A stretch of 64,000 nucleotides of DNA. Source: a virus. Positions within the stretch are counted from its first letter, which is position 1. Each line of letters opens with the position of its first letter. The notes beneath the pieces were generated by a model, which was not told the origin of the DNA, made no database searches, and saw only the letters and a list, made by a program, of their open reading frames with translations. Shown here piece by piece: positions 40,001 to 48,483 of the stretch. Both the position numbers and the translations under genes were made by a program. The DNA lies in the IMG/VR virus record IMGVR_UViG_3300037189_002988, positions 16,722 to 80,721 of that record; one strand, written 5' to 3'.

Positions 40001-41360
40001 TTCACAGACTGGAGATCAGACAACAACACTTACTGGTGGATCTGGTGGCATATCTATTATGTTAGACTCAGACGGTGTAACTGGCTACTACTTTGAAATA
40101 TGTTCTTTAAGTTCTGATAACTTAGAAAACTACAATACTGTAGATTCTAATACAGGAGTAGAGAGTTCAGTGTTGCACAATGTCTTATTTTATAAAGTAG
40201 TTAACGCAGTAAAAGACGGAAAAGAAATTGCTCTTCCTGTTAAACTTTGGGGTGGGTTGTCAAAGATATTAGTAGACGAAGGAAGATTTGTTGGACAAGA
40301 CAGACTTTCAAATGAAGCAAATCCAACTGTATATGATATATCTATTGAATATAAAGAAATAGGATCTACAAGAAGATTCTATCTATACATCAATGGAACG
40401 CAGATTGCAACAGTAGACGATACAAATCCTCTATCACAAAAATATAACAATATGGCAGTTTTTGTGAGGGGTGGATCAAAATGTATGTTTGAAAATGTAT
40501 ATGCCCTAAAAAATCAATATTCTCAAGAAACAAAAAGTACTGTTATAGAGAATGTATCAAATGCCTTTGGAAAGAAAGAAATAAACTCTTCAGATGCTTT
40601 AAGAAAGTATGCAGTGTCTGGATTTGTTCAAGCAACATATCTATCTGGAATAGGTGCACAGAATGCACCAAAGTATGCAATGTACTACGAAGAGTTTGGA
40701 ACCATCTTTAGAGAGTGTGCATATTTTAATGTCAAATATGATAAGGCCTATCCAGCATTTAGAGCAATGCTAAAACCTACATTTAATAATGAAAAAACAT
40801 ATACCTCATCAGGATTTTACGCAGATGCCTATGGTGCAGAGTTTTTAGTATTCAACTCAACAGATAAACTTATTACACTTGATGAGACATCTGGTAACTA
40901 CTTACAGATTATAGGAATTACCTTTACTCAAAATACATCTAACACTCTTACAGCAGATAAGTTTTATCAAGATAGATCAAACTTTGCAGATCCAATAATT
41001 GTTAACAATGCAATACTTTCACCATCTAAACAAGATAAAATATATCAAGACGTAAAAATTAGTAGATCAAAATATGGAAGAAGAGACTTTACACTAGACT
41101 CAATTTATATACAAAGTGAAGATCAGGCTAACGGACTTATGGATTGGATACTTTCTAAAACAATAAAACCTAGAAAGATTATACTCCTAGAAGTGTTTGG
41201 AGTTCCACATATCCAACTTGGAGACATTGTCAATATAGACTATACGATGCCAAGTGATGATAAGTTTGTTGAAATAGATAAGCAGTTTGTTGTTAGTGAA
41301 ATTCAATACGGAAGATCTGAACAGGGTCCATCTAGTATAATTAAGGTGGTTGAGGTATAA
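37041..41360 (+). CDS. Large tail tip / baseplate hub protein
   Basis: 1439 aa. LAVATQSAMFFDEYNNFVV hub-like motif; C-terminal SKYGRR...DSIYIQ, G.PHIQLGDIV pattern. Confidence 0.65.
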   Translation: MFVDSDLNTHLKTNNTLKSESLVIAEWNLNDFENILNFGNYRYRANDAASSIYANLPNSYDPDDLGDYYTDALVSSIESETLVDENDASLIFTTPEVDRQLYYDLKQCFNSFRPRSGINKPLFFETGKYVDNIKSARRPRYYMASRNDYFKYWNSFRIENNIERGRSERVDSTAIGYSITDACPFVVYKEQVASNRIVVKLQTNLAESAGVTIKDINNNVITDPLTDITKSSIPKRWSVQYLDNNNNWITAIEFNEDSLRRDGSNIVKWDGYVELFYGINIPDKYKGSFYYVDKLNSVGDLPSAQAINGEAYLVGSSATSAGTVYVWNSSNIEWESFAAEYKFQLLEDDDTKRIGVVSSLTDPDYFISGGKTTFREIVLLKGLRVKVETLYGPDNTFDLIELSPRLTANISDYVLGFDVTKTIPNDTSGIPVGSLVASNGTMTLMNHDFAFSEQNVFENNQGSIIANILNPNTRVDFYDVIKNVNEFDKFIPVKSMYIEDFPKGGSALVDISVNTRDSFFRLETQSCPPLFLQNVSLTYAVAVLLDNIGFSNYVFKNITDKNDPVIPYFFVEPDANVAEVLQRLAVATQSAMFFDEYNNFVVMSKEYLLPATGERPTDVTLYGQKTDNNLPNIIEIKSGETKVINDGKINYITRYIQRAPASLKQATYLDEDRTYGYQPVVLWEVPSQTNSKTINEKSKTGSFTLGAVALNTTLNNLDPYVENNTLVNNIIDIGENVYWLPRMQGYLYANGEIIKYDAVQYTVPAIGNVWVSDEIEYQKYFSQLPFNGKMYPTGLIRIYAEPYYEDNINNLGTYTTLYKNGPVKKSGRAQFGTSITEHSAGLNDFWSNNNNVDGYTMDSSYLFTTTPTGSIIRPAFGNASEKLWQTGKANAVQSSRNGIISNFLRETIPSDDIVKTQKTTSKGTVQSSALVFTGPSTTVDKNQITHVKKTLDSDYKHFGTRMRIIGKKEASTRIQTPTNATEYYVVSSQTGDQTTTLTGGSGGISIMLDSDGVTGYYFEICSLSSDNLENYNTVDSNTGVESSVLHNVLFYKVVNAVKDGKEIALPVKLWGGLSKILVDEGRFVGQDRLSNEANPTVYDISIEYKEIGSTRRFYLYINGTQIATVDDTNPLSQKYNNMAVFVRGGSKCMFENVYALKNQYSQETKSTVIENVSNAFGKKEINSSDALRKYAVSGFVQATYLSGIGAQNAPKYAMYYEEFGTIFRECAYFNVKYDKAYPAFRAMLKPTFNNEKTYTSSGFYADAYGAEFLVFNSTDKLITLDETSGNYLQIIGITFTQNTSNTLTADKFYQDRSNFADPIIVNNAILSPSKQDKIYQDVKISRSKYGRRDFTLDSIYIQSEDQANGLMDWILSKTIKPRKIILLEVFGVPHIQLGDIVNIDYTMPSDDKFVEIDKQFVVSEIQYGRSEQGPSSIIKVVEV

Positions 41361-42040
41361 TGGCAAAAAAAGATAAAGAAAAGTCTGTAGCATCTAACGC
41401 GATTGCTGCTGCCTCGCTTACAGAAAAACAAAGAACTAACCTTCAAAAAGATCTAAAAAAATATGCTAAGTCTGGTAATAATGTTACAAAGGCAGAACTT
41501 GCTAAGATTCAATCAAAGATAAATAAGTATACAAAAGCACTTACTGCAGAAGCAACAGTTTCAGTGCCTTCACTTCCTTCATTTCCAGATATTTCATCTA
41601 CAGGAACAACATCTATAAAACTTCCAGAAAAAGATAATGTTCTTTCCCTTACGAATAACAATGTTGATGAAGCAACAATTATAGCGATGGTTTTTGAAAA
41701 ACTAGGTGCTGTAGAGTTAACTAAGTTTACAAGAACTGACACGGTAGAGGGAATAAATCCTTATTACAATATAATATCTAATCTAAGTACTATTAAGAAA
41801 GAGTTTGATCCTTCAAACCTTGTTGCATCTCAAAAATCAGATACCTCTTTATATAATGCATTTTCTATTAAACTATCTAATAAAATACCTGGAGATCAAT
41901 ACCTAGCAGATAGAGCGTTAGATAACTATATCTACATAGATGCAGATGGAAATCTAATTATTGAACTAGACAATATGACTCCAGACGAACTGGTAGAAGT
42001 AGAAATAGACACAAATGGTACAATTGTAGAGGTGAGATAA
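41360..42040 (+). CDS. Minor tail protein
   Basis: Translationally coupled within the tail-tip cluster. Confidence 0.45.
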   Translation: MAKKDKEKSVASNAIAAASLTEKQRTNLQKDLKKYAKSGNNVTKAELAKIQSKINKYTKALTAEATVSVPSLPSFPDISSTGTTSIKLPEKDNVLSLTNNNVDEATIIAMVFEKLGAVELTKFTRTDTVEGINPYYNIISNLSTIKKEFDPSNLVASQKSDTSLYNAFSIKLSNKIPGDQYLADRALDNYIYIDADGNLIIELDNMTPDELVEVEIDTNGTIVEVR

Positions 42041-43152
42041 TGATAACTAATGATGGAAAACAAATCGTAGCAAAGTTTATGCTTGGTCAAGCACCTACCT
42101 TTGCCTCATATATCGCAGCAGGATGCGGTCCAGAGCCACTAATTACTGGAGAGTCAGCATCTGTATCACTGACAAAAAAGTCACTAGATTTTGAGGTTTT
42201 TAGAGTTCCTATTTTATCAAAAGGTTTTATTAAAGAAGATGGGGTAGAAAAACTAGTTTTTAAAGCAGAAATGCCAAACGATCAAAGATATAAGATATCT
42301 GAAGTAGGAGTATATCCTGGTGCAAACAATGCTGTTGCTGGAAGATATGATAGTAAATTACTTATAACATTTTCAACAGCAGAAGCATGGACATATTCAG
42401 ATGGTTCAAGTTCTTCAGCAGTTCCTTATCCAAACATTCCAATTGACAATGGAAATACAAGTGCAAGTATAAATGCAAGCACTGAAAAGTTTTTATTTAT
42501 TAACTCAGATTCTACAATATTTAATGATCAGTCAAGACAGAATAGACAAGAGCCACCAAGGTATCTAAATAGATCATTGCTAGTTTCTGGTAGTTCATCA
42601 TACATAGGTTCAGGATATACTGTAAATGCTGGATCAAAATATTTAGAAAACTCTGCAATATCTTTTGATTTAAGTCAAAACCTTCCAGATGATGAAGTAA
42701 AACTTGCTTTTAGTTTATTAAGTAGACAAGCAGCAACCAATACAAATCCAGACAGTGTAAAAATTATTCTACAATTTATTAATAACCTATCTGGTATAAA
42801 TACAGCACCACCTGCTGCAACAGCAAAAATAGATTTAACATCTGCCAATATCGGGTCAAATAGGTATCAGGTTGTAACTAGGACAATATCTCAATTTGCT
42901 GCTGACCAATCATTTTCATGGGCGAATATCAACATGGTTAGAATTTATGTTTCTACACTGGTAGGTGGAGTGCCATCTAATGACTACTTTGTTTTACTTG
43001 ATGGAATGAGAATAGATAACGTTACGGCAATTAACCCATTATACTCACTGGTCGGGTATAACATAATTAAGACAGACGATGGACTACCAATTTTAAAGGG
43101 TGAAAATACAAATAACTATATTGAATATAGATTTGGCATAGGTGTCTCCTAA
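42040..43152 (+). CDS. Minor tail / baseplate protein
   Basis: MITNDGK..VAK..LG......YIA.G.G and ISEVGVY resemble tail-collar/fibre-anchor N-terminal domains. Confidence 0.55.
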   Translation: MITNDGKQIVAKFMLGQAPTFASYIAAGCGPEPLITGESASVSLTKKSLDFEVFRVPILSKGFIKEDGVEKLVFKAEMPNDQRYKISEVGVYPGANNAVAGRYDSKLLITFSTAEAWTYSDGSSSSAVPYPNIPIDNGNTSASINASTEKFLFINSDSTIFNDQSRQNRQEPPRYLNRSLLVSGSSSYIGSGYTVNAGSKYLENSAISFDLSQNLPDDEVKLAFSLLSRQAATNTNPDSVKIILQFINNLSGINTAPPAATAKIDLTSANIGSNRYQVVTRTISQFAADQSFSWANINMVRIYVSTLVGGVPSNDYFVLLDGMRIDNVTAINPLYSLVGYNIIKTDDGLPILKGENTNNYIEYRFGIGVS

Positions 43153-43601
43153 TGGCAAAAGTTATTATTCCTGTAGATAAACTTCCATTTCCAGGAAAAG
43201 ACGGTAAGCATAAAATCAGATTTAGAATTACAACAAAAGATTATAATGAAATTTCTGAATGGTCTCCAATAGTATTGTTAAATAGTTCTGGCCAAGTCGT
43301 ATCAGCAAGTGCTGGATATTCATATGACGTATCAACCTCAACATCTGGAACAAAGATGATCAATATAACATGGCAAGATGTTCATTCCAGTGTTGATAAA
43401 AATAGTCATGATGTATTTGTCAAATGGAGTTATTCATCTGTATTTCAATATATCGGAAGAGAGGCTGGAAATACAACTACCATAATGGTTCCAGTAACAG
43501 CCTCAACTGCAGTTGTTAAGGTTCAATTACCTTCGTACCCAACCCCACCAGAAGAAAGCAACTTATTTAAACTTTTTCAGACACCAGTAATAACCCTATA
43601 G
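43152..43601 (+). CDS. Minor tail protein (FN3-like beta sandwich)
   Basis: IRFRI......SEWS and INITW motifs. Confidence 0.45.
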   Translation: MAKVIIPVDKLPFPGKDGKHKIRFRITTKDYNEISEWSPIVLLNSSGQVVSASAGYSYDVSTSTSGTKMINITWQDVHSSVDKNSHDVFVKWSYSSVFQYIGREAGNTTTIMVPVTASTAVVKVQLPSYPTPPEESNLFKLFQTPVITL

Positions 43602-43619
43602 TGATATAATGGAGAGAAT

Positions 43620-44042
43620 ATGGCAACGATAATTACACCAACAAGAGGTCAACCTATAGATGTTACTCTTATTTCATCTTTAGTAGAAGCAGTAAGTGAT
43701 CTTCAAAACTCTCAAATAACATCTACTCAGTCTAGAGTAAATGGTGCTGCCGCAAATACTACGTCTTTAAAGTTTTATGCAGAGACTAAGTCTATTACAA
43801 TTAATAACATTACAACCTCACCAGAAGAAAAATTCTTCTTTACATACCCAAATTTTACAACAACTCCTGTTGCCATAGCAGGACTAACCAATACTACAAG
43901 TACTGTTTCTGGCGGTAACGCTGCAACTGTAGTATTAACATCAGTAACAAAAGATCGTGTTGATGGAATTATCAAGTTTCCATCTGGATCAACAGGTTCT
44001 GTAACTATGCAGATTAACCTAATAGTACTCGGAATAGCCTAG
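43620..44042 (+). CDS. Minor tail protein
   Basis: Thr/Ser-rich; F.YPNFTTTPV..A and INLIVLG end resemble H-type-lectin/gp53-like domains. Confidence 0.45.
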   Translation: MATIITPTRGQPIDVTLISSLVEAVSDLQNSQITSTQSRVNGAAANTTSLKFYAETKSITINNITTSPEEKFFFTYPNFTTTPVAIAGLTNTTSTVSGGNAATVVLTSVTKDRVDGIIKFPSGSTGSVTMQINLIVLGIA

Positions 44043-44063
44043 ATTCTGGTATAATTTTTCACT

Positions 44064-44273
44064 ATGAATATAAAAGAAGCCTTGACATGTAGGAAGTGTT
44101 CTGCTAAAATATTTGTGGATAGAGTATTTTTAACACACGATCATCTTGAATTATACTGTTTAAGATGCGGGAAAAGAGAGATGTATCACAACCCAGAAAA
44201 GTTTGATGAAAGAATAAGATGGATAATGTCACAGGAAAGAATCAGGGCAAAAAAGAGTGGAAATCCTCTGTAG
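44064..44273 (+). CDS. Zinc-ribbon protein (probably leaderless)
   Basis: CRKC...CLRCG; TGGTATAAT 8 nt upstream of ATG. Confidence 0.65.
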   Translation: MNIKEALTCRKCSAKIFVDRVFLTHDHLELYCLRCGKREMYHNPEKFDERIRWIMSQERIRAKKSGNPL

Positions 44274-44764
44274 CCCCTAGTTCTATTATATTTTTTTTAA
44301 ATAATGAATTAGTCAGGGTAGTACATTCTAATAGAGCAAATAACATTGTTGTAATTTATAATTATATACATAATAAAGATCAAACACTTTTATTGTCTGA
44401 TTTTAAAAAACATAGAAAAAGAGCATACAACATAACAAATACACTTCAGATATTTAAAAGATCTAGAATGCAACTTGAAAGACTTATTAAAAGTGAAACA
44501 ATACCATCCCCAACAGGTGCTACGATTGGTGGAACAAGGGCTTGGCAAAAAATGTCCTACTATTCTGAAGATGATTTATTTAAAATAAGAGATGGCTTAG
44601 CAAGCATACATGCTGGTAGACCAAGGCGAGATGGAAGAGTTACTCCAAGAAAAGGAATTCCTACCGAAAAGGAGTTGCGTTCTTTAATTGGAGACGCTAT
44701 AATGTTATATACGCAAAACAAAGATGGGGAATTCGTCCCTGTCTGGGCAGAAGAAACGTGGTGA
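44219..44764 (+). CDS. Putative DNA-binding protein (MerR-like HTH)
   Basis: AYNITNTLQIFKRSRMQLERLIK...IPSP...YYSEDDL, GRPR AT-hook-like motif. Confidence 0.5.
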   Translation: MDNVTGKNQGKKEWKSSVAPSSIIFFLNNELVRVVHSNRANNIVVIYNYIHNKDQTLLLSDFKKHRKRAYNITNTLQIFKRSRMQLERLIKSETIPSPTGATIGGTRAWQKMSYYSEDDLFKIRDGLASIHAGRPRRDGRVTPRKGIPTEKELRSLIGDAIMLYTQNKDGEFVPVWAEETW

Positions 44765-44767
44765 ATT

Positions 44768-44968
44768 ATGTCTGACAAGACAACAGTATCAGCAACACTT
44801 GGCTATACATTAAACCTAGGAAATTTTCAAAGTCTAAGAGTAGATCTTGGATGTACAGATTTTCTTCGTGAAGGTGAAACAATGGACATGGCAATGCAAC
44901 GTGTTTATAAATTTGTTGAAGAGCAAGTTATTGCAAAAGTAGATGAGGCTAAGAAAGAACTAGAGTAG
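44768..44968 (+). CDS. Small hypothetical protein
   Basis: LGYTLNLGNFQSLRVD; part of the replication operon. Confidence 0.6.
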   Translation: MSDKTTVSATLGYTLNLGNFQSLRVDLGCTDFLREGETMDMAMQRVYKFVEEQVIAKVDEAKKELE

Positions 44969-45327
44969 TGCCTACAGCAAAAGAACCAAAAAAGAAAAAA
45001 GAACTTAAAGATATACTAGAAGAAAAACCAGTCTGGGATGTTGATGAAATATACAGACTGTTTATCAAACGTTTAAAAGAACGTAGTATATATAGCAAGT
45101 TTGGCATAGGCAAAGCAAAGTTTTTTATTAAAGAACTATATCAATCGTATGGTGTTGAAGAGTCTAAAGAATTAGTAGAGTATTACTTTAAGACATATCA
45201 TAGCCCAGATTGGGATCATTTTGTAAGAAATTCTGAAACTTTTTATAAGGCATTGCAACTTAGAAAAGAAGATGATAGAATTAGAGCGTTACTTCGCGAG
45301 CAAGCAAAAGAATGGTTGGATAAATAA
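44968..45327 (+). CDS. Hypothetical protein upstream of the helicase
   Basis: GTG start overlaps the upstream stop; stop overlaps the helicase start. Confidence 0.55.
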   Translation: MPTAKEPKKKKELKDILEEKPVWDVDEIYRLFIKRLKERSIYSKFGIGKAKFFIKELYQSYGVEESKELVEYYFKTYHSPDWDHFVRNSETFYKALQLRKEDDRIRALLREQAKEWLDK

Positions 45328-46553
45328 TGTCTGCAGAATTAGAGGCAAAAGTACTTTCTGCAGTATTAAAAGATAAGCAACTACACGTTTTACTTCAAGC
45401 AAACCCAGATACTCTTTTTAGAACACATAAAGATGTTTGGGACTTTATTAAACAATATAGTGAACAAAATTCAGTAGTTCCATCAATTCCATTAGTTATA
45501 GAAAAGTTTAGAGACTTTAGCCCAATAGGGGAAATAGGAAATACAAAGTATCATCTTGAAGAATTAAGAACTTCATATTTACAAGATAGTTTAAGCGGTG
45601 TCTTAATGTCTACTGCAAAGCAATTACAGGAAAATAAACCAAATGATGCTTTAAACAATTTGATTGGTAAGACTGCTGAGTTAAAAAAGATCACAGCAGA
45701 TATTAGAGACGTAGATGCTACAGACATAGATGATGCTGTTGCACACTTTAAACATATTAAGGAGTTAAATGAAAAAGGTCATCACGGCATTAAAACAGGT
45801 CTTGCAGGTTTTGATAACTATCTTCCAGCGGGCATTACTCCTGGTCAGTTTGGCATTTTGCTTGCCTATCCTGCTATTGGTAAGTCTTGGCTCGCATTAT
45901 TTATGGCTGTTCAAGCGTGGAAGAATGGAAGAAAGCCATTAGTTATTTCTCTTGAAATGACAGAGACTGAAGTTAGAAATCGTGTATATACAATTATGGG
46001 TCAAGGAATGTTTTCACATAGAAAACTAACATCTGGAGAAGTTGACGAAGACTCTTTTAATCTTTGGGGAAAACAACACCTTGAAAATATGCCATCATTT
46101 CATATTGTCTCAAACGATGGGGTAGGAGAATTATCTACTTCTGTATTAAGAGGAAAGATAGATCAATATGCACCTGATATTGTGTTTGTAGATTATATTC
46201 AATTAATGCAATCAAACGTTCCAACAGATAATGAAGTTGTAAAAATTAAAAGTATTTCTAGAGAGTTAAAAGTTCTTGCAATATCTGCACAAGTTCCAAT
46301 TGTTGCAATTGCATCAGCAACTCCAGACGATGCAACAGATATGAACAGTGTTCCATCACTTGGACAAGTTGCTTGGTCTAAACAATTAGCATATGATGCT
46401 GACTGGGTTCTTGCATTAGGTCGTGCACAAGGAACTACAATTCTTGAATGTGCATTTAGAAAGAACCGTCATGGGTTCTCTGGAGAGTTTATGGTTGATG
46501 TCGACTTTGATTCTGGTAGATTCTTGTATAAAGATTTTGAGGATAAAACATAA
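45327..46553 (+). CDS. dnaB: Replicative DNA helicase, DnaB family
   Basis: GIKTG...FD, Walker A AYPAIGKS, SLEM, VFVDYIQLM, ISRELKVLA, YDAD, KNRHG. Confidence 0.92.
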   Translation: MSAELEAKVLSAVLKDKQLHVLLQANPDTLFRTHKDVWDFIKQYSEQNSVVPSIPLVIEKFRDFSPIGEIGNTKYHLEELRTSYLQDSLSGVLMSTAKQLQENKPNDALNNLIGKTAELKKITADIRDVDATDIDDAVAHFKHIKELNEKGHHGIKTGLAGFDNYLPAGITPGQFGILLAYPAIGKSWLALFMAVQAWKNGRKPLVISLEMTETEVRNRVYTIMGQGMFSHRKLTSGEVDEDSFNLWGKQHLENMPSFHIVSNDGVGELSTSVLRGKIDQYAPDIVFVDYIQLMQSNVPTDNEVVKIKSISRELKVLAISAQVPIVAIASATPDDATDMNSVPSLGQVAWSKQLAYDADWVLALGRAQGTTILECAFRKNRHGFSGEFMVDVDFDSGRFLYKDFEDKT

Positions 46554-46573
46554 TATAACGATATAATTGTTGT

Positions 46574-46885
46574 ATGTATAGCCACAAACCTATCAAACGG
46601 TTTGGTCTTGAAGGCGAAATATACGATGACTCTTATATTACAAGACTCAAAGACCAATATATATCTATGATCACCTCAGTAATGAGAAATCATGGATATG
46701 TACCAAGATATGATATTGACACAGATTTTACTATTGGGTACAATGGTAGAACATTTGATTTTCAGTTATCAGTATATGGAGTGTATGTTGGAAAAGATAG
46801 GGCAAAGTGGATACTAGGAATAGACAAAGACAAACCAATAATGTCACATACTACTCAGAAGAACAAGTCAAGCGAAGTCTCATAG
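46574..46885 (+). CDS. Hypothetical protein (probably leaderless)
   Basis: 103-aa ORF; TATAAT 6 nt before ATG and no SD sequence. Confidence 0.6.
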   Translation: MYSHKPIKRFGLEGEIYDDSYITRLKDQYISMITSVMRNHGYVPRYDIDTDFTIGYNGRTFDFQLSVYGVYVGKDRAKWILGIDKDKPIMSHTTQKNKSSEVS

Positions 46886-47763
46886 CCGCTGGCATAGATA
46901 TTAAATTTGAACTAGATAATGATTTAATGATATTTTGTCCTTTTCATAATAACTATAGATCTCCAGCAGGAGAAGTTTCAAAAGAAACAGGTATCTTCTG
47001 GTGCTTCTCATGCCAAGAAGCAAAAGAGTTAGTAGAAGTTATAATGCAGGCAACAAAAAGATCTTATTTTGAATCGATGAGATTGATAGACTCAAAGGCA
47101 GATAAAAGAAATCTAGTTGATCAACTAAATAGCACACTTGATAAAGTAACAACATTTGTTCAGTATGATTTAGAGATGATTGAAAAGTTACATAAAAATG
47201 TTTTTGAAAATGAAAGGGCCATAGAATATTTTAAATCCAGGGGTATAACAAAAGATAGTGTAGAAAGATATAAGTTGGGATATTCTACTACCCAAGATAT
47301 GGTTACAATTCCTGTTTATTCTCCAGATGGAATATGTTTAGGATTTGTTGGAAGATCCATAGAGGGAAAAAGATTTAAAAATTCAACAGACTTGCCTAAA
47401 AGCAAAACCCTATTTAATCTATCTAGGAATAAAAGAGTTGACAAGATTTTTGTTGTTGAGTCATCTTTTGATGCTATTAGAATAGAACAGGCTGGTGGTC
47501 ATGCTGTTGCAACACTAGGTGCCACAATATCTAAAGAGCAAAGAAAACTTCTTAAACAATACTTTAATCAAGTAATAGCACTAGGTGATAACGATGAGGC
47601 TGGTCAAAACATGTCTAATAAACTACTAACTGATCTTGGATATGAAAAATGTATTATTGCTAAACTTCCAGAAAGAGTAAAAGATGTTTCTGATTTAAGC
47701 GATAAAGAATTAAAAGATTTTGTGGCTCAGTTTGACAATATAGTAGCCGCAATGCTACAATAG
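46807..47763 (+). CDS. dnaG: DNA primase (CHC2 zinc finger plus TOPRIM)
   Basis: CPFH...CFSC, YFKSRGI, GFVGR, VVESSFDAI, ATLG, DNDEAG, KDVSD. Confidence 0.9.
   Translation: MDTRNRQRQTNNVTYYSEEQVKRSLIAAGIDIKFELDNDLMIFCPFHNNYRSPAGEVSKETGIFWCFSCQEAKELVEVIMQATKRSYFESMRLIDSKADKRNLVDQLNSTLDKVTTFVQYDLEMIEKLHKNVFENERAIEYFKSRGITKDSVERYKLGYSTTQDMVTIPVYSPDGICLGFVGRSIEGKRFKNSTDLPKSKTLFNLSRNKRVDKIFVVESSFDAIRIEQAGGHAVATLGATISKEQRKLLKQYFNQVIALGDNDEAGQNMSNKLLTDLGYEKCIIAKLPERVKDVSDLSDKELKDFVAQFDNIVAAMLQ
47732..47761 (+). promoter_or_regulatory. SigA-type promoter embedded in the primase 3' end
   Basis: TTGACA-18 nt-TACAAT with extended TG, upstream of the SSB gene RBS aaggag. Confidence 0.6.
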
Positions 47764-47805
47764 ATTGACGCTCATATACAGAGCAAATATTAAGGAGAAA
47801 TACAT

Positions 47806-48456
47806 ATGTCAATTATAAAAGGTATCAAGAATATTGAAGCAGTTCTTGATAAAACAAAAACAGAAAATAGTGGTGCAAAAGTCAACTGGTTAAAACTAGA
47901 TGACGGAGAAAGTGCACAAATTCGCTTTGTAAGCGAACTCGATGCTGACTCACCAACGTATGATGAAAAACGTGGAGTAGCAATTGTAATTAGTGAACAT
48001 ACAAATCCAGAAGACTACAAGCGTAAAGCAGCATGTACTGCAGATACTCAAGGTCGTTGCTTTGGTTGTGAAATGTATCGCAAAGAACCTAAGAGCGGCT
48101 GGAGGGCACGTCTTCGTTTTTATTGCAACGTACTAGTTGACAATGGAACAGATGAGCCAAAAGTTGCAGTATGGAGTATGGGTGTAAGCAAGACTGCTAC
48201 ATTTAGTACAATCCGTGAATTTGCAGCAGACTCACCAAGCATTAGCAATATGGTCTGGAAATTAAAACGTAATGGAAAAGGAACAGAAACAAACTATGTT
48301 CTTCTTCCAGGAAAACAAGATTCAGAACCATTTAACTGGGGATCACACGAAGCATTTAACTTAGACAAAGTTGTTCGTGATGTTCCATACGCTGAACAAG
48401 AATCATTCTATCTTGGATTCAGCAACCCAACTACTTCTGCAGCAGCAGAGTGGTAA
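47806..48456 (+). CDS. Phage single-stranded DNA-binding protein (gp32-like, Zn-binding)
   Basis: WLKL.DGES..IRF, H...C......CFGC, KLKRNGKGTETNY, C-terminal W; lies between primase and polymerase. Confidence 0.65.
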   Translation: MSIIKGIKNIEAVLDKTKTENSGAKVNWLKLDDGESAQIRFVSELDADSPTYDEKRGVAIVISEHTNPEDYKRKAACTADTQGRCFGCEMYRKEPKSGWRARLRFYCNVLVDNGTDEPKVAVWSMGVSKTATFSTIREFAADSPSISNMVWKLKRNGKGTETNYVLLPGKQDSEPFNWGSHEAFNLDKVVRDVPYAEQESFYLGFSNPTTSAAAEW

Positions 48457-48483
48457 TAGAAAAATAATCTGAAAGGCTATGGC

